Below, piece after piece: positions 36,679 through 44,098 of a stretch of 64,000 nucleotides of DNA. How positions within the stretch are numbered: the stretch's first letter is position 1; each line of letters begins with the position of its first letter. Source of the stretch: an uncultured Rikenellaceae bacterium (GTDB lineage: Bacteria; Bacteroidota; Bacteroidia; Bacteroidales; VadinHA17); assembly GCA_964522415.1 (NCBI GenBank), contig CAZFVQ010000001.1, positions 131,569 through 195,568 on the forward strand, read 5' to 3'. A program made the translations under genes and the position numbers. The notes under the pieces were generated by a model. The model was not told the origin of the DNA. It saw only the letters and a program-made list of their open reading frames with translations, and did not search any database.

Positions 36679-38133
36679 TTAGGGTATATTGTTTATTACT
36701 TCCTTCAGAAGATCCCAGAACATGGGTACGGTTCTGATCTCAATCTTTTCTTCGGGAGTATGTGCTCCCCTGATGGTGGGGCCGAAGGAGATCATGTCCA
36801 TATCCCTGAATTTTTCATATATGAGTCCGCATTCCAGTCCGGCATGAATGGCTTTTATTTCCGGATCATTTCCGAACAGTCTGCGGTATGCCTCACGTGT
36901 GATTCTGAGAATTTCTGAATTAATATCCGGAGCCCATCCCGGATAGCCTGATGATTTTGTAACGGTTGCTCCGGCCTGTTTCAGGCAGTCCTCCACCATG
37001 GCCGAAGCTTCGGCTCTGGATGCATTAAATGAGCTTCTTTGTGAGGTGACAATTTTCACAAGATCAGGTGGTTCGAATTTTACTGATGCCAGATTGCCTG
37101 AAGTTTCAACCAGATCCTTCATGTCCTGCGACCATGCAATAACTCCGTGGGGACAGCAGCTGAGGGCCCGTAGCAGATTGTCCTGACTGCTGCGGTCCAT
37201 GACATATGAAGGCATGTCATATTTTTCCGCTTCCACCTTCAGGTTCTTTTCAATGTCACCGAAGCTTTTGCTGAGCCTGTTTTCAATTGTTTTGATATGA
37301 TGAATAATATTGTCTGAATCAGACTTCCTGCACAGTATTATTGCAAATGCTTCGCGGGGTATTGCATTTCTCAGATTCCCGCCGTCAAAATTATTCAGAC
37401 GAATTCCGTATTCCCTGTCAAGTTCCGTGAGTATTTCTGTCATTATCTTAACGGAATTACCGAAGCCTTTGTGTATTTCGTCTCCGGAATGCCCTCCCCG
37501 CAGGCCCGTTATGGATATCTTCATTCCTTCGTGTTCCGGTGGCACTGATTCCCTTGTGTATCTCATGGTACCGACTGTGTCCATACCTCCCGCCGATCCG
37601 ATAAACAGGATACCCTCATCCTCGGAATCAAGATTTAACAGTATCCTGCCTCTGAAAAAGTCTCCCCTGAGTTCTTTGGCGCCGCTCATCCCCGATTCTT
37701 CATCGACAGTAAAGAGGCATTCAATTTCGCCTGCTCTGAGAGAGTCGTCAGTCAGAATTGCCATCTGGGCTGCAATACCTATGCCATCATCAGCGCCAAG
37801 GGTTGTGCCGTCGGCTCTTATCCATTGTCCGTCTGAAAGGAGTCTGATGGGATCCTTAGTCCAGTCGTGGGGGTGATCTGCATTTTTCTCACCTACCATA
37901 TCCAGGTGGCTCTGAAGCACAACTGTTTTCCTGTTCAGGTGATCAGGACAGGGTGGCCTGGTGATCAGAACATTTCCAATATTATCCTCTTTTGCTTCCA
38001 GATTATTTTTTCCTGCAAACTCAAGCAGGTATTGCCGGATTTTCCCTTCATTTCCTGACAATCGCGGAATTCTGCAAATCTCTTCGAAATACTGCCACAG
38101 AGCTTCCGGTTTCAGTCCCTTGAATACGCTCAT
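36679..38133 (-). CDS. pepD: Aminoacyl-histidine dipeptidase (M20 family, PepD-like)
   Basis: 484 aa with M20 metal-binding blocks (LQSHLDMV, GADDGIG, DEESGMSGA) and PepD-type length. Confidence 0.85.
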   Translation of the reverse strand: MSVFKGLKPEALWQYFEEICRIPRLSGNEGKIRQYLLEFAGKNNLEAKEDNIGNVLITRPPCPDHLNRKTVVLQSHLDMVGEKNADHPHDWTKDPIRLLSDGQWIRADGTTLGADDGIGIAAQMAILTDDSLRAGEIECLFTVDEESGMSGAKELRGDFFRGRILLNLDSEDEGILFIGSAGGMDTVGTMRYTRESVPPEHEGMKISITGLRGGHSGDEIHKGFGNSVKIMTEILTELDREYGIRLNNFDGGNLRNAIPREAFAIILCRKSDSDNIIHHIKTIENRLSKSFGDIEKNLKVEAEKYDMPSYVMDRSSQDNLLRALSCCPHGVIAWSQDMKDLVETSGNLASVKFEPPDLVKIVTSQRSSFNASRAEASAMVEDCLKQAGATVTKSSGYPGWAPDINSEILRITREAYRRLFGNDPEIKAIHAGLECGLIYEKFRDMDMISFGPTIRGAHTPEEKIEIRTVPMFWDLLKEVINNIP

Positions 38134-38152
38134 ATGATTTTTTTATCAGTCA

Positions 38153-40066
38153 TCAGCCCAGTTTCATCTTTTCAACTTCCTCAAGGTTCCTTTCATTGGT
38201 GATGACCTTTGCTTCAGGAGTATAAAGGAAATATATCAGATCATTGTATCTGTCCATAATCTTGCCCCTGACGATTTTCATGGTTGAATTCATCAGGCCG
38301 TTGTCTTCGGAAAAGCCTTCTTCAAGTACACCCATTGCCACGGGCAGCCATCTTTGCGGGAACATTTTTCCGTATTTCCCGTTTGTCCGGTATTCGTTTA
38401 CTTCATTTTCAAGCAGATTGAGAATAACTCTTTTTCCTTCTTCAGTATCAGCCGTAAGATCCTTTTCCTCGAGATACAATTTAAGCGCATGCTGATTGGG
38501 AACTATAAGCGCAACGGTATATGGTTTCTGGTTGTTATACAGCATACACTGATCGATGTATTTCGACTGTTCCGAAATAGCTTCCTCGATACTTTCGGGA
38601 CTGAATTTTTCACCGTCATCAGCAATGAGCAGGCTTTTGAATCTGCCCATTACATAAAGATATCCGTCTTCAGTCATATAACCCATATCTCCTGTATAAA
38701 GCCAGCCGTCCCGGATTGTTTCCTTTGTGGCTGCATCATTTTTCCAGTATCCATGCATTACATTGCCTCCCTTGATGACTATTTCACCTGTTTGTCCTGT
38801 TGTAAGCTCATTTCCGTCCTCATCACATATTTTCAGACTCATGTTATTTACCAGTGCACCAGATGATCCCAGTTTATGGCGTGCTGTGGAATTTGAAGAA
38901 ATAACCGGTGATGCTTCCGACAAACCGTAACCCTGGTACATTGGTATTCCCAGTGCATAGAAAAACCTCTGGAGTTCAATTTCCAGAAGAGCTCCGCCGC
39001 CTATGAAATAGTCAAGTTCACCGCCATAGGCTTCACGGACCTTACTGAAAATCAATTTATCATATAGTTTTAACAGGGGTTTCTTAAGCTTCTGTAATCC
39101 CTGCCCCCTGTTCCAGCCTTCCTTGTTATAGGAATATGAGATTTTCAGTGCATGATTGAAAAGGAATTCAGTCAGTTTGCCTTTTTCCTTTATCCCTTTT
39201 TCAATATTCTTCCTGAAATTTTTTGCGATGGCTGGTACGCTCAGAAGAAGATTCGGTTTGATTTCCTTCAGGCAGGCCGGCAGATTTCTGAGTGTTTCAA
39301 GCTGTGTCCTTCCTGTTTTTACCGATGCAATGCTTGCTCCCCGTCCCATGAATGCAAAAATCCCGCATGTATGACCAAAGGAATGATCCCAGGGAAGTAT
39401 GAGCAGTGTCTTGTAGAATGGTGGTATATCCATCAGGCTGTAAGACTGATATACGTTTGTAATGTAATTCCCGTGGGTAAGAATGATCCCCTTGGGATCG
39501 GCCGTGGTTCCGGAAGTATAGCAGATATTGGCAAAATCGGAAGGTTTTATGTTTTTATTGATTTCTTCGAATTTTGCCATGTTTTCGGGTGATTCCAGCC
39601 ATTCCCTTCCGAGCTTTCTCACTTCGTTGAAATGAATCTCATCCGCTTCGTATTCTTCCTGAGTGTCGAGATGAATAATTTTTTTTATGGTTTTACATTC
39701 GCTGATCACCTGTTTCACCCTGGGATACTGCAATTTGGAGACGAGCAGCATTCTGGATTCTGAATGATTGAGCCGGAATTTTATTTCATCGGGATTGAGT
39801 TTTGTTGAAAGCGGCACATTCAGGGCGCCTGTGTACAATACTCCAAGCTCGCCTATCACCCAGGTATTACGGCCTTCGGAAAGAAGACTGATTCTGTCTC
39901 CTTTTTTTACGCCCAGAACAATCAGACCTGCAGCAAATTCATAAACCTGTTTCCTGGTTTCGCCATAGGTGGTTCCTTCATATTTATCCTGGGTCTTTTC
40001 CCACAGGTAAACATTGTTGTTGAATTTCTCAACACTTTCTTCAAAAAACTGAATTATTGATTTCAT
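38153..40066 (-). CDS. Long-chain-fatty-acid--CoA ligase (AMP-forming adenylation superfamily)
   Basis: AMP-binding motif YTSGTTADPKGIILTHGN plus GYGLSE and YTGDMGY blocks; 637 aa. Confidence 0.85.
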   Translation of the reverse strand: MKSIIQFFEESVEKFNNNVYLWEKTQDKYEGTTYGETRKQVYEFAAGLIVLGVKKGDRISLLSEGRNTWVIGELGVLYTGALNVPLSTKLNPDEIKFRLNHSESRMLLVSKLQYPRVKQVISECKTIKKIIHLDTQEEYEADEIHFNEVRKLGREWLESPENMAKFEEINKNIKPSDFANICYTSGTTADPKGIILTHGNYITNVYQSYSLMDIPPFYKTLLILPWDHSFGHTCGIFAFMGRGASIASVKTGRTQLETLRNLPACLKEIKPNLLLSVPAIAKNFRKNIEKGIKEKGKLTEFLFNHALKISYSYNKEGWNRGQGLQKLKKPLLKLYDKLIFSKVREAYGGELDYFIGGGALLEIELQRFFYALGIPMYQGYGLSEASPVISSNSTARHKLGSSGALVNNMSLKICDEDGNELTTGQTGEIVIKGGNVMHGYWKNDAATKETIRDGWLYTGDMGYMTEDGYLYVMGRFKSLLIADDGEKFSPESIEEAISEQSKYIDQCMLYNNQKPYTVALIVPNQHALKLYLEEKDLTADTEEGKRVILNLLENEVNEYRTNGKYGKMFPQRWLPVAMGVLEEGFSEDNGLMNSTMKIVRGKIMDRYNDLIYFLYTPEAKVITNERNLEEVEKMKLG

Positions 40067-40176
40067 TGGTTAAAGGACTTATATTTCGGAAAAAGAGATG
40101 TCTAATATACGAATTACATTAAAGATCATAAAATCCAATTCTTTATTAACTTTTTGCAATGCTATTCAATATTTTT

Positions 40177-40184
40177 TATCTTTG
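40177..40184 (+). promoter_or_regulatory. -7 promoter motif TATCTTTG upstream of the SPOR lipoprotein gene
   Basis: Exact TAnnTTTG match 47 nt upstream of the ATG at 40232. It lies inside the longer TTG-initiated track ORF, which argues for the shorter gene. Confidence 0.45.
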
Positions 40185-40231
40185 ATCATAAAATAGTGAA
40201 AGACAATTTATCCAAACGTCAATTAAAGATT

Positions 40232-40699
40232 ATGAGACATCCGGCTGCAATCTTACTGATTTTAGCGATTGTAATGACATCATCGTGCAAATTTCTCAGG
40301 GAAAAAACTTTCCTTGGCAAAAAGGACAGATTACTGGCAGAATGGCAGGCCAGACAGGACAGTATCAGGGTGGCTGATTCGATTAAGCATGTGAATGACC
40401 GTTTGCTGGCAATTGAAAATGCCAGGCTGGATTCCATGAGGCTGGCAGAGGAAGAAAAGCATACACTTGAATCAAGGTACAATATTATTGTTGGCAGTTT
40501 TATCACACCCGAATATGCTGAAGCCTTAGCCGATGATTATCGCCGCATGGGCTATGACGTAAGAATAATATACAAGGAAAACAGCAGGTTTGCACTGGTC
40601 TCTGCCGAATCGCACGAAAATTTCAGGCGGGCTGTTTCACGGGTTTATCAGTTTCAGGATACTGTTGCAATAGATTCCTGGATCTATACCTTGAAATAA
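40232..40699 (+). CDS. SPOR-domain lipoprotein
   Basis: Lipobox MRHPAAILLILAIVMTSSC and a C-terminal SPOR-like block YNIIVGSFITPEYAEALADDYRRMGYDVRII. Confidence 0.7.
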   Translation: MRHPAAILLILAIVMTSSCKFLREKTFLGKKDRLLAEWQARQDSIRVADSIKHVNDRLLAIENARLDSMRLAEEEKHTLESRYNIIVGSFITPEYAEALADDYRRMGYDVRIIYKENSRFALVSAESHENFRRAVSRVYQFQDTVAIDSWIYTLK

Positions 40700-40710
40700 T
40701 CCGGCAGTTA

Positions 40711-41973
40711 TCACTGTCTGAAAACTGTTTCCTTACGGTCAGGTCCGACAGAGACCATTGTTACCGGTACTCCCGTGTGGGATTCGATAAATTCAATATA
40801 GCTTTTCAGATTGGCAGGCAGGTCATTAAAGTCCCGTATTTCTCTTATTTCTTCTTGCCAGCCAGGCAATACGGTATAAACGGGTTGAATATTTCTGCTG
40901 TCAAAGGGGATTTCTTCACATTCCCTGTCTTCCGACAAATAGGAAGTACAAACCCTGACATTGTCAAATCCTGACATCACATCACTTTTAGTCATGAACA
41001 GGCGGGTCACTCCATTGATCATGATGGCATATTTCAGGGCGGGTATGTCCAGCCATCCGCATCGTCTCGGCCTACCTGTTGTTGATCCGAATTCATTTCC
41101 CTTGTTCCTGAGGGTATTTCCTGTATCATCAGTAAGCTCTGTCGGAAAAGGACCACTTCCTACCCTGGTGCAGTATGCCTTGAATATACCGAATACTTCT
41201 CCGGCAGTCCCCGGTGATATACCCAGTCCGGTACATGCACCTGCAGAAATTGTACTGGATGAGGTGACAAAGGGATAGGTTCCGAAATCGATATCCAGCA
41301 TTGTGCCCTGTGCTCCTTCAGCAAGGACTTTCCTGCCCTTTGAAACAAGATCATTGATGAGATATTCGGTGTTGACGATCCTGAATTTCTTCATTAGCTC
41401 AATTCCTTCAAACCAGTCTGTCTCATATTCTTCAGGATCAAAGGAGAAATCATGGCCCTTCAGTATTGACATATGATTTCTGAACCTTTCGTTATAAAGC
41501 TCCCGGAAAGTTTCTGAGGATATATCTCCGGCACGCAGACCATTCCTGGCTATCTTGTCGGTATAGGCAGGGCCGATGCCTTTAAGTGTCGATCCTATCC
41601 TTGAATCACCCCTGCTGTATTCATAAGCTGCATCCAGTATTCTGTGACCCGGCAATATCAGATTAGCCCTTGAAGAAATAATCAGTCTGTTTACAAGCTC
41701 GTCAGCCGGAATACCCAGATTTTCAATTTCCTTTTTAAAAACTGCCGGATCAATTACCACGCCGTTTCCAATGATATTGATCTTGTCGGGATGAAATATT
41801 CCGGAAGGAATTAAATGTAATATATGCTTTATTCCGTTGAATTCCAGTGAATGACCGGCATTCGGACCGCCCTGAAAACGGGCTATTACATCATATTGCG
41901 GACTGATTGCATCCACAATCTTTCCCTTCCCCTCATCACCCCACTGAAGACCTAATAATATGTCAATTTTCAT
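40711..41973 (-). CDS. purA: Adenylosuccinate synthetase
   Basis: N-terminal GLQWGDEGKGKIVD P-loop plus GIGPAY and GTTGRPRRCGWLD blocks. Confidence 0.95.
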   Translation of the reverse strand: MKIDILLGLQWGDEGKGKIVDAISPQYDVIARFQGGPNAGHSLEFNGIKHILHLIPSGIFHPDKINIIGNGVVIDPAVFKKEIENLGIPADELVNRLIISSRANLILPGHRILDAAYEYSRGDSRIGSTLKGIGPAYTDKIARNGLRAGDISSETFRELYNERFRNHMSILKGHDFSFDPEEYETDWFEGIELMKKFRIVNTEYLINDLVSKGRKVLAEGAQGTMLDIDFGTYPFVTSSSTISAGACTGLGISPGTAGEVFGIFKAYCTRVGSGPFPTELTDDTGNTLRNKGNEFGSTTGRPRRCGWLDIPALKYAIMINGVTRLFMTKSDVMSGFDNVRVCTSYLSEDRECEEIPFDSRNIQPVYTVLPGWQEEIREIRDFNDLPANLKSYIEFIESHTGVPVTMVSVGPDRKETVFRQ

Positions 41974-42076
41974 CTGTTCGTATTTTAATTTTAATGGTCA
42001 GATTATTTGTCCCGGTTTACCGGGAAACTCCCATGAATTTAAAGTCATACCCGTGTATAAAAATTCTTTACATGGC
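41974..42076 (-). promoter_or_regulatory. Conserved ~100-nt 5' leader element, copy B (abuts the purA start codon)
   Basis: About 90 percent identical to 33255-33352. The sense strand reads CCATG.AAAGAATTT..ATACACGGGTATGACTTT..ATTCATGGGAGTTTCCCGGTAAACCGGGACAAATAATCTGACCATTAAAATTA. Confidence 0.6.
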
Positions 42077-42303
42077 CGTATCCCTTTATAAAATTAAGGG
42101 AGTATTTATTAAGCAGAGGCCAAGTTATAAAATAATTCAGGTTAAAAAATGACTGCTTGAATTATGTTAATAATTAATAGTTGTCCGGGCGCAGGAAGAG
42201 GCAGTATGTTTCCCTGGTCACCACCGGGCGAATGAATAAAATCACACCCCGATTGCCGTTCCGTTATCATTGAAAAGGAAGGAAGCGCTTTTCAGGCCTG
42301 TAA

Positions 42304-43227
42304 TCAGAAATTAATCACAAAGTCCAGTATGGGTATTCCGATAATCAAAGTTCTTGCCAGATCCTTGTTGTTCAGGAATCCCAGGTCAACTGAGTTTTTC
42401 TCTCCAAGGAATCTTATTCCGTATGAGAACACCCCGTATAAATGTCCTTCTTCACCACCAATGGGCGCGATCCAGTTTTCCGTTACAAAAGCGATTCTTC
42501 TTGATACCCTTACCATTCCGCTGGCCGTTATGAGGGGCCGGGAAGTAAACTCTCCTTCAGCAAATCCCCATCCTGCTCCGGCAGTGATATTGTTGTTATG
42601 ATTTCCGTAGGTAAAGAATCCGTTGAGGGTTGCAAGGCCGCCAAACTCTTCAATTGTCCTGATTGAGTTTAAATAAAGAATATTTCCACCGGCGTAGAAA
42701 TTTTCAGCTATCTTAAAAGAGACTTTGGGATTGATAAAAAAAACATAAGGTCCTTCTCCCTTTGCAAGCAGGGACATGATCTCTATTCCTCCCGTTATGC
42801 TAATGTTGTTGGTTATTGCAACACTTGCCGAATTAATAAAGATCCAGCTATTCTGATAATAGCCTGTTCCCTTTTTCGGGGGAATAGCCGAAGGGCCCAG
42901 GAAATATTTTGAGGGATTCGGATTGGAAAACCATATTCCGGATTTCTTTTCATCAATGGCTGTAATCTGAACCATCGATTTGATTCCTGACCTTTCCAGG
43001 CGGATTTCGCCCATGGCCGGAGATTCGAGTATTACTTCGCCTTCTGAGGAGGAAAGAAGTATGCCGGTAATCACAGACCCGTCATTGAGGGTGATCCTGT
43101 AGGTTTTAGATATTTCACCGGCAGGCTTTTGCTGGGCAGATACATCTGCGCAATTCAGGGATGTCACAACAAGTGCGACCAACAGACTTCTGAAAATAAT
43201 TTTCAGACTGAAGAAATAGTTTTTCAT
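42304..43227 (-). CDS. Secreted/outer-membrane protein of unknown family (beta-rich, ends in Phe)
   Basis: Signal peptide ending VSAQQ, a Gly/aromatic-rich alternating pattern, a C-terminal ...LDFVINF, and its own TAnnTTTG motif upstream. Confidence 0.55.
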   Translation of the reverse strand: MKNYFFSLKIIFRSLLVALVVTSLNCADVSAQQKPAGEISKTYRITLNDGSVITGILLSSSEGEVILESPAMGEIRLERSGIKSMVQITAIDEKKSGIWFSNPNPSKYFLGPSAIPPKKGTGYYQNSWIFINSASVAITNNISITGGIEIMSLLAKGEGPYVFFINPKVSFKIAENFYAGGNILYLNSIRTIEEFGGLATLNGFFTYGNHNNNITAGAGWGFAEGEFTSRPLITASGMVRVSRRIAFVTENWIAPIGGEEGHLYGVFSYGIRFLGEKNSVDLGFLNNKDLARTLIIGIPILDFVINF

Positions 43228-43264
43228 AATACAGGAAATTTATTGCATATAACATTTCACAATC

Positions 43265-43272
43265 CAAAGATA
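43265..43272 (-). promoter_or_regulatory. -7 promoter motif TATCTTTG upstream of the 42304-43227 gene
   Basis: Exact TAnnTTTG match 38 nt upstream of the ATG at 43227. Confidence 0.45.
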
Positions 43273-43317
43273 CATTAAATTATAATATGTTACTCAGGGT
43301 CTGGCATTTGATTACTG

Positions 43318-43590
43318 TCATACCTGTTGGTTCCCCTGCCGGCTTTCTCTTGCCGCTTTCCCTGCCGCTTTCCCTGCCGCTTTTTCTGCCGGTTTTCCTG
43401 TCGGTTTCCCTGCCGCTTTCCCTGTCGCTTTTCCTGCCGCTTTTCCTGTCGGTTTTCCTGTCGGTTTCCCTGCCGCTTTCCTCTTGCCAGTTTTCTTTCC
43501 GGCTTCTTTGCCGCTTCCCATGCCGCTTTCCATGCCACTTTCCATGCCACTTTCCATGCCACTTTCCATGCCCGCTTCATTACCCGCTTC
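43318..43590 (-). repeat. 12-nt periodic coding repeat (GMES and GKAA/GKPT tetrapeptide units)
   Basis: The plus strand reads ctgccgctttcc / ctgtcggttttc type 12-mers in tandem for ~270 nt. Confidence 0.9.
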
Positions 43591-44022
43591 CTTAAGGTTT
43601 CCATATATATACAGTGAATGATACTGGGGCTCGAAATCATTCAGCTCACAGGCAGTTTTTATTATTTCAGCTATCCTCGGATCACAGAATTCCATCACCC
43701 TTCCGGTTTCCAGATCAATTAAATGATCATGCTGACCACACTGGTAGGCTTTTTCAAATTCTGCTATGTTTTTGCCAAACTGATGCCTTGTCACCAGATT
43801 GCAGTCAAGCAGCAGATCCATGGTATTGTACAGGGTAGCCCTGCTAACCCTGTAGTTCTTGTTCTTCATTGAAATATAAAGTGACTCGATATCAAAATGA
43901 CCTGTCATTGAATATATTTCATTCAGGATGGCATACCTTTCAGGTGTCTTTCTGAGTTTGTTCTTTCGCAGGTATCCGGTGAAGATCTTTTTTACAGTTG
44001 ATCTGATATCATCACTAATCAT
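43318..44022 (-). CDS. fur: Fur-family transcriptional regulator with a ~90-residue repetitive acidic-then-basic C-terminal extension
   Basis: Winged-helix N-terminus ([14 protein letters not shown] ... [13 protein letters not shown]) and a metal-site block [19 protein letters not shown]. After ...[10 protein letters not shown] the ORF continues as (GMES)4 followed by (GK-x-x)n without a stop. Confidence 0.8.
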   Translation of the reverse strand: MISDDIRSTVKKIFTGYLRKNKLRKTPERYAILNEIYSMTGHFDIESLYISMKNKNYRVSRATLYNTMDLLLDCNLVTRHQFGKNIAEFEKAYQCGQHDHLIDLETGRVMEFCDPRIAEIIKTACELNDFEPQYHSLYIYGNLKEAGNEAGMESGMESGMESGMESGMGSGKEAGKKTGKRKAAGKPTGKPTGKAAGKATGKAAGKPTGKPAEKAAGKAAGKAARESRQGNQQV

Positions 44023-44046
44023 ATTTGATCTAATTTAAAATAATAA

Positions 44047-44054
44047 CAAAAATA
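44047..44054 (-). promoter_or_regulatory. -7 promoter motif TATTTTTG upstream of fur
   Basis: Exact TAnnTTTG match 25 nt upstream of the fur ATG. Confidence 0.4.
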
Positions 44055-44098
44055 TGCATTTTTTAATCAGATCCAAGGAGAGGGCAGGAGGGGCCTGG

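Noticed and set aside
40124-40194. The 11-mer GATCATAAAAT occurs twice, 60 nt apart, in the acyl-CoA ligase/SPOR intergenic region.
   Set aside because: It is a short AT-rich match in an AT-rich gap. The second copy simply overlaps the -7 promoter motif, so it could easily be chance.
41974-42076. The purA leader considered as a purine riboswitch (segments UAUA, GUUUC, CCGGUAAACCGG and GAC resemble J1-2, J2-3 and P3).
   Set aside because: The would-be P3 loop has only 4 nt, so it cannot form the L2-L3 kissing interaction. The conserved UAC of J2-3 is missing, and no convincing P1 or P2 with a 7-nt L2 can be drawn. The same element also precedes larC, which has no purine logic.
43287-43617. 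Plus-strand ORFs (102 and 96 aa) and an alternative minus-frame ORF (116 aa) across the fur repeat.
   Set aside because: They exist only because the 12-nt repeat lacks stop codons in several frames. The plus-strand products are monotonous Leu/Ser/Pro/Phe strings with no start context. The fur frame is the one contiguous with a recognisable domain.
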